Of a DNA stretch of 64,000 nucleotides, positions 59,359 through 64,000 are shown in pieces. The position numbers were made by a program, and so were the translations under genes. Source of the DNA: Candidatus Latescibacterota bacterium (GTDB taxonomy: Bacteria > Latescibacterota > UBA2968 > GCA-2709665); contig CBDDDZ010000005.1 of the NCBI GenBank assembly GCA_965226795.1, positions 1,152,001-1,216,000 of the forward strand, given 5' to 3'. Numbering within the stretch: the stretch's first letter is position 1; each line of letters opens with the position of its first letter. The notes under the pieces were generated by a model. It did no database searches. It had not been told where the DNA came from and worked only from the letters and a program-made list of their open reading frames with translations.

Positions 59359-62300
59359 ATGTTCAAGCACAATCTCATCCGGCAGATCTTCATGATCTGC
59401 GCCGGCTTCTGCTCCACGGTGGGCGCGGCACCGCCGCCTGAACAGTTGACCGTATACGATCTGGAGCGGTCCTTTCGGGCCGATGGGAGCCGTGGTCCTT
59501 ACCGAATCACGGAGCGGCCCATTCTGAAGGGCAGCGAAAGGGTCTGGGTGAGCGACAGTATGCTCGTCAGGGACTTGGACTACGAACTGGAGTATGCCGA
59601 CGGTTTGCTGCTGTTTGCGCAGGAGCGCCCTCGCGGCGCCGAGGTTCTCGTGCGGTTTCGGCAGTTGCCTCAGGTACTGCTTCAGGTCTACAGACGCCGT
59701 GAGCGAAACCCTCAACGTGCGTCGGTACGGCCAACCCCGGCCAGGCGCCGAAGACGTCGGGCGCCGGCGGACGCGTCGGAATCGTACGGCGGCACCCCGT
59801 CGCGGCTCGACGTGGGGGGCGCCAAGCGCATTCAGGTCACCGTGGGTGGCAATCGTGATCTCGAACTCAGCCAGGCGCTTCGGGTGCACATTACGGGACA
59901 GATGGCGGACGGCGTCGAAGTGGTCGCGATGTTGTCGGATCGGAACCTCCCGCTGGGATTCGAAGGTAGCACCCGAAACCTGCAGGAACTGGATCGGGTG
60001 ATGTTTCAGGTTCGTTCCAGGAGGGTTTCGGCTTCACTCGGCGACCTGGACGTCGTGTTTGACGGCACCACGTTCGGGAGGTATCGCCGGAGGCTTCACG
60101 GCGCGCATCTCGCGTTCTCGTCTTCAGGCGCAGACGTCAGGGTCTTCGGAGCCGCCGCGGACGGGCGTTGGATCAGCCACCGTGTTCTTCCCATCGAAGG
60201 ATACCAGGGTCCGTACCGATTGCCCGGCGATGCCGCGGCCCCGGGAGGGCGTATTGTCGCGGGTTCAGAGCGGGTCTATCAGGACGGACGCCTGCTGCGC
60301 CTGGGCGAAGGGCAGGACTACGTCGTGGACTATGAAATGTCCACGATCACGTTTACCCCCGTCAGACCGATCAACGGGCAGAGCCGCATTACCGTGGAAT
60401 ACCAGTTCGAGGCGCCTGGTACCCGCCGCCGCCTGATGGGCGCGCGCGCCACGCTGGCGCTCTCGGACGACCGGCTGAAGGTGGGGGGCACGTTTATCCG
60501 CGAGGCAGATCGGGCTGGCGGGGTCCGGGGTGTCGGCATATCCGCACCGCCTTTTCAGCCGTTGCGGCGCCAACTGGCCGTACTGGATGCCGCATATGAG
60601 CCGATCGGGGGCGTGCGGCTGGACGGCGAACTGGCGATGAGCGCGTTGCCCTCGGAGGCGGACGTCCATAAGCAAAGTGGAGGACGGGCTTTCAGGCTGG
60701 GAGTGGACCTGTGGCCGGACGCGCTGCGGTTGGGCGGTTACGCTCTCGGGCGATTTCGAATAACGGGCGCATACAGGCAGGTCGGCGCCGAGTTCAGAGG
60801 GATCGAACGGATCGTGCCGGCAACGCGTGAGGGGCGGTGGGGCTGGCAGGCCGACGCGCCGGATGCGGGAGACCGGAAAGCCGAAGTCGCGCTGCAATAT
60901 GCCCTGAGGCCAGGGATCCGTTTCGATGCCGGTTACGGCCGGCGTCACGGAAAAGTGAAGGCAGTCCGGCGCGAGGTTGGCCTGGAGGTCTCCGACCCAC
61001 GGGCCCCGCAGGTGTCCTATCGGTTCGACGAAGTGTCTCACGGGTCAGGGTTGTTCTCCAGGCATCGGGGCCGCGTCCGGGCTCCCATGCGAGGGATCAC
61101 ACCTGGATTCCGTTTTGAGTCCGAAACGGCGACAGGGTCGTCGGTTTCTCAATCGACCCTATACTATGCATCCCTGGTCGATCCCGCGCACCGTGGAATA
61201 CGCATCCGGGCGGGCGCCGTGGATCTGTCCACGCGCGTGATGGACGCGCTGGCGTGGACGTCGGAGATTTCGATTCGGCGCATAAACCTTCTGGATCACG
61301 GGTGGCGGGACAGCCTGCGGGCATGGACGACAACGCACCGTGCCTCGATGTCCGGCTGGCATGGGCTGTCGTTTTCAGGGGAGTATAGCAGGAGCAGGAC
61401 GAAATCCCCCCTGCATCCGGCAACGGGACGAATGACGGACCTGGCCCGGATGGGGTGGGGGTACGCGGCTCTGAACGGCGCGGTTTCGCACAGATTTTCC
61501 TATCGGATCTCCAGCACCGGTGCGCCCGACAGACAGCCGGTGTATGTCGCTCTCGGGCCCGGTCGAGGTACTCATGTCTGGGAAGACGTGGATGGCGACG
61601 GGCTCCAGGATCCCGAGGAGTTCGTAGCCGACGTGGATGGCGAGTACGTGCGTTATTTCAGTCCGGCCGTCGGATTTCGCCCGGTGCGTGACGCGGCTCT
61701 CGCTGCCCGTACGGAGTTCGTGCTGAAGCGGTTGCTGCGATCTCCCCGGGGAAAGTGGCTGCGTATCCTGGCCGGCCTGTCGCTGGATGTCTCGCTGGAG
61801 GCCGACAGGCAGGTACCGCCGGGTCAGGCCGGTGTGGCGCCCTGGAACATGCACGGTCTTGGCCCGGGCGACGGGATTCTCCACGGCCGGCGCGAGTTGA
61901 GAACGCGGCTTTACCTGTTTCGATATCGCCGTCCGGCCACGTTCCGCCTGTCCGCCCGCCAGGGCTCCCGCATGGACCGGGCTTTTACCGACGGCGGGCT
62001 GGAGACGACGTCGCAGGTGTCCGTGCAGGGACGTTTTGCCCTCGGGCGGACGTCGTCTTTGGAACTGGAAATGCACGGTGAACAACGTGACCGGCCCGGC
62101 GAAGGGCCGTTTTTTTACCGGATTCGGTCCCGGCGGTTATCCATGAGCGGGTATCGGCACACGCCACGGGCATGGCAGACTCAGGTGGAACTGGCATTTG
62201 GCGGAGACAGGGAGGAAAACCGGGCCTTGCTGGCCCGGTTTGTGTCTGTTCGCCCGGAAATCCGACGCGCGCTGCCGGGCCGGGGGCGTTTGCGGACATC

Positions 62301-62514
62301 CTTGGATTGGACCCGTGTGTTTGCATCGGGATCCCTGCCGCTGTTCCTGGGAATGGCGGGTGGAAACCGTGCGGGAAATAACATGGGCTGGCGTCTGGGT
62401 GTGGACTACCGGCTGGGCCCGTATCTGACGGCGATAATCGTGTACGACGGGCACAAACGGTCTGGAAAGCCGGTCCTGCATCTCGGGCGTATGGAGATGC
62501 AGGCTTTATTCTGA
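59359..62514 (+). CDS. Large hypothetical outer-membrane protein
   Basis: Two GSERV...DY.xdY modules, LSDRNLP...EGSTRNLQELD, EGYQGPY; amphipathic beta strands; C-terminal Phe. Confidence 0.75.
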   Translation: MFKHNLIRQIFMICAGFCSTVGAAPPPEQLTVYDLERSFRADGSRGPYRITERPILKGSERVWVSDSMLVRDLDYELEYADGLLLFAQERPRGAEVLVRFRQLPQVLLQVYRRRERNPQRASVRPTPARRRRRRAPADASESYGGTPSRLDVGGAKRIQVTVGGNRDLELSQALRVHITGQMADGVEVVAMLSDRNLPLGFEGSTRNLQELDRVMFQVRSRRVSASLGDLDVVFDGTTFGRYRRRLHGAHLAFSSSGADVRVFGAAADGRWISHRVLPIEGYQGPYRLPGDAAAPGGRIVAGSERVYQDGRLLRLGEGQDYVVDYEMSTITFTPVRPINGQSRITVEYQFEAPGTRRRLMGARATLALSDDRLKVGGTFIREADRAGGVRGVGISAPPFQPLRRQLAVLDAAYEPIGGVRLDGELAMSALPSEADVHKQSGGRAFRLGVDLWPDALRLGGYALGRFRITGAYRQVGAEFRGIERIVPATREGRWGWQADAPDAGDRKAEVALQYALRPGIRFDAGYGRRHGKVKAVRREVGLEVSDPRAPQVSYRFDEVSHGSGLFSRHRGRVRAPMRGITPGFRFESETATGSSVSQSTLYYASLVDPAHRGIRIRAGAVDLSTRVMDALAWTSEISIRRINLLDHGWRDSLRAWTTTHRASMSGWHGLSFSGEYSRSRTKSPLHPATGRMTDLARMGWGYAALNGAVSHRFSYRISSTGAPDRQPVYVALGPGRGTHVWEDVDGDGLQDPEEFVADVDGEYVRYFSPAVGFRPVRDAALAARTEFVLKRLLRSPRGKWLRILAGLSLDVSLEADRQVPPGQAGVAPWNMHGLGPGDGILHGRRELRTRLYLFRYRRPATFRLSARQGSRMDRAFTDGGLETTSQVSVQGRFALGRTSSLELEMHGEQRDRPGEGPFFYRIRSRRLSMSGYRHTPRAWQTQVELAFGGDREENRALLARFVSVRPEIRRALPGRGRLRTSLDWTRVFASGSLPLFLGMAGGNRAGNNMGWRLGVDYRLGPYLTAIIVYDGHKRSGKPVLHLGRMEMQALF

Positions 62515-62617
62515 AAGGCGCGGCGTGTTTCGGTATGGACGTCAGATTACCCGGAGTTTCCTGTTCGGGCGTATAGGCAGAGGTTTAGAGACGACTTCGA
62601 CGCGGCCGCTTACGTTT

Positions 62618-64000
62618 ATGGGGTATGGGCGCGTATTGCTCGTTGGCCTCGTTATTCCCCTTCTGTCGGGGGTGTGGGTGGACGTGTCCGCGACAGGTCG
62701 CGTTCTCGTACGGAAAGTGCGGGTTGATGGAGCGCGTCGGATTTCCGAAGATCGTGTTCGAAGCTGGCTGATGACGCGCACCGGTATGCCGGTGGACAGC
62801 CTGCTCCTAGAGAAGGACATGGTGCGAATCCTGGATGGATATATAGCCGAGGGATACTGGCAGGTATCCGTTGCGTTTCCGAAGGTGGAGGTGAATCGGG
62901 GGCGTGTTTTTTTCCGAATCGAGGAGGGGAGGCGGACGCTCATCGACACGGTCGAAATCGCAGGAAACGAACACGCTGCATCGGACTCCCTGCTGGACGA
63001 GATGTTCTCGCTCAGAGGGGCGCCTCTGATACGGGAAACCCTTGAAGTGGATCTGGAGGCGCTCGTCCGGTTTTACGAAAACCGCGGGTATCCCTTTTGT
63101 TCCCTGACTCCGGAGGTGAGCGTGCCGCCAGGGAGCGACACGGCGCGGTTTCGGATAGAGGTAGATGAAGGGCCCTTCGTGCGGGTGGATACGATTCGCT
63201 TCTACGGCAACCGGATTACGCGTGTCGAGACGCTGCTTCGGGAGATGCGGATGCCGAAGGGCGAGCCCTACGATCAGCGCCGGGTGGACCGGGCGCTTCT
63301 TGCGCTTCGGCGTCTGCCGTTTTTGCTGGATGTGGACGCCGCCGTGTTGAAGACCGAGCCCGACGGACGTACGGCACTGGTGGTTTCCGTCCAGGAAGCG
63401 CCGCCGGGCCGGGCAGAAGGCATCGTGGGCATTGCGCCGGCATCGCGAGATCGTGCGCGAGGCCTGACGGGATCGTTCGCCATCGCATTTGGCAATTTAC
63501 TGGGGACCGGACGGCGCGCGGACGCCTCCTGGTCGCGCAGGGGAAACGCGGCGTCCGATCTGGATATGCTCTATGTTGAACCGTGGATTCTGAGGCAGCC
63601 ATTAGGCCTGGAGGCGACGCTTCTGATGCGGCAACGGCCCGGGTTTGCCGAGAACCGCATGGGTCTGGGAGTAAGGCTATCCACAAGCAACGGCGCCGAC
63701 GTTCGGGTTGGTGTTTCCAAAGGCGGCGTTCGGCCGGATTCAAGCGGGGCGGGCGGTTTTATCAAGGGTCGCATCTGGTCATTGGATGGTGCGCTCGAAT
63801 TCGACCGCCGGGACGATCGATGGAATCCGATATCGGGTTCGCTGCATCGGATCCGACTGGTATGGAGCCGCGTCACGCAGGACGGCGGCACGGGCCGGAG
63901 ATTGCGCTTTCTGGCGGATCTGCATCGATATCTGGCGTTGGGCCGGCGTGCGGTGATCGCCGCGTCTGTGCACGGCGCGGGAGTGGCGGAAAACGGGGTC
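62618..64000 (+). CDS. BamA/TamA-like outer-membrane protein with POTRA domains; runs off the right edge
   Basis: Manual translation: signal peptide, then VRKVRVDG...YIAEGY, IEEG...IAGN...YENRGYP, VDEGP..RFYGNRITR, NLLGTG, YVEPW. Confidence 0.85.
   Translation, partial: MGYGRVLLVGLVIPLLSGVWVDVSATGRVLVRKVRVDGARRISEDRVRSWLMTRTGMPVDSLLLEKDMVRILDGYIAEGYWQVSVAFPKVEVNRGRVFFRIEEGRRTLIDTVEIAGNEHAASDSLLDEMFSLRGAPLIRETLEVDLEALVRFYENRGYPFCSLTPEVSVPPGSDTARFRIEVDEGPFVRVDTIRFYGNRITRVETLLREMRMPKGEPYDQRRVDRALLALRRLPFLLDVDAAVLKTEPDGRTALVVSVQEAPPGRAEGIVGIAPASRDRARGLTGSFAIAFGNLLGTGRRADASWSRRGNAASDLDMLYVEPWILRQPLGLEATLLMRQRPGFAENRMGLGVRLSTSNGADVRVGVSKGGVRPDSSGAGGFIKGRIWSLDGALEFDRRDDRWNPISGSLHRIRLVWSRVTQDGGTGRRLRFLADLHRYLALGRRAVIAASVHGAGVAENGV

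Noticed and set aside
1..64000. CRISPR array, tRNA or rRNA genes
   Set aside because: No regularly spaced direct repeats with unique spacers, no cas genes, and no tRNA or rRNA signatures recognised by eye. The repeats present are dispersed palindromes.

Overview
GC-rich bacterial window. The rplM-rpsI-rpsB-tsf-frr block, dapL, several Gfo/Idh/MocA, PhyH and sulfatase genes, and an FN3/cadherin-type surface lipoprotein suggest an FCB-group lineage such as Latescibacterota or Gemmatimonadota, possibly host- or sponge-associated (inference only). Most of the window is sugar and small-molecule catabolism, a Dpp-type ABC transporter, translation genes and outer-membrane genes. Main highlights: (1) a visibly AT-richer island at ~35.0-40.9 kb with a three-gene operon: a Druantia DruA (DUF4338)-like protein, a protein kinase fused to a P-loop NTPase, and a protein with possible tandem CARF-like motifs, with no DruE helicase, making it a candidate undescribed defence system; (2) a flavoprotein that resembles eukaryotic OSGIN/OKL38; (3) a family of IS630-like MITEs that start at TAG stop codons and carry nested palindromes; (4) an internally deleted RAYT relic next to GT(A/G)G REPs; (5) a promoter, strong SD and 11-codon micro-ORF upstream of rplM; (6) pyrH missing between tsf and frr. 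mgtE and two TldD/PmbA genes carry small frameshifts that may be assembly errors. All calls come from reading motifs by eye; no searches were run.
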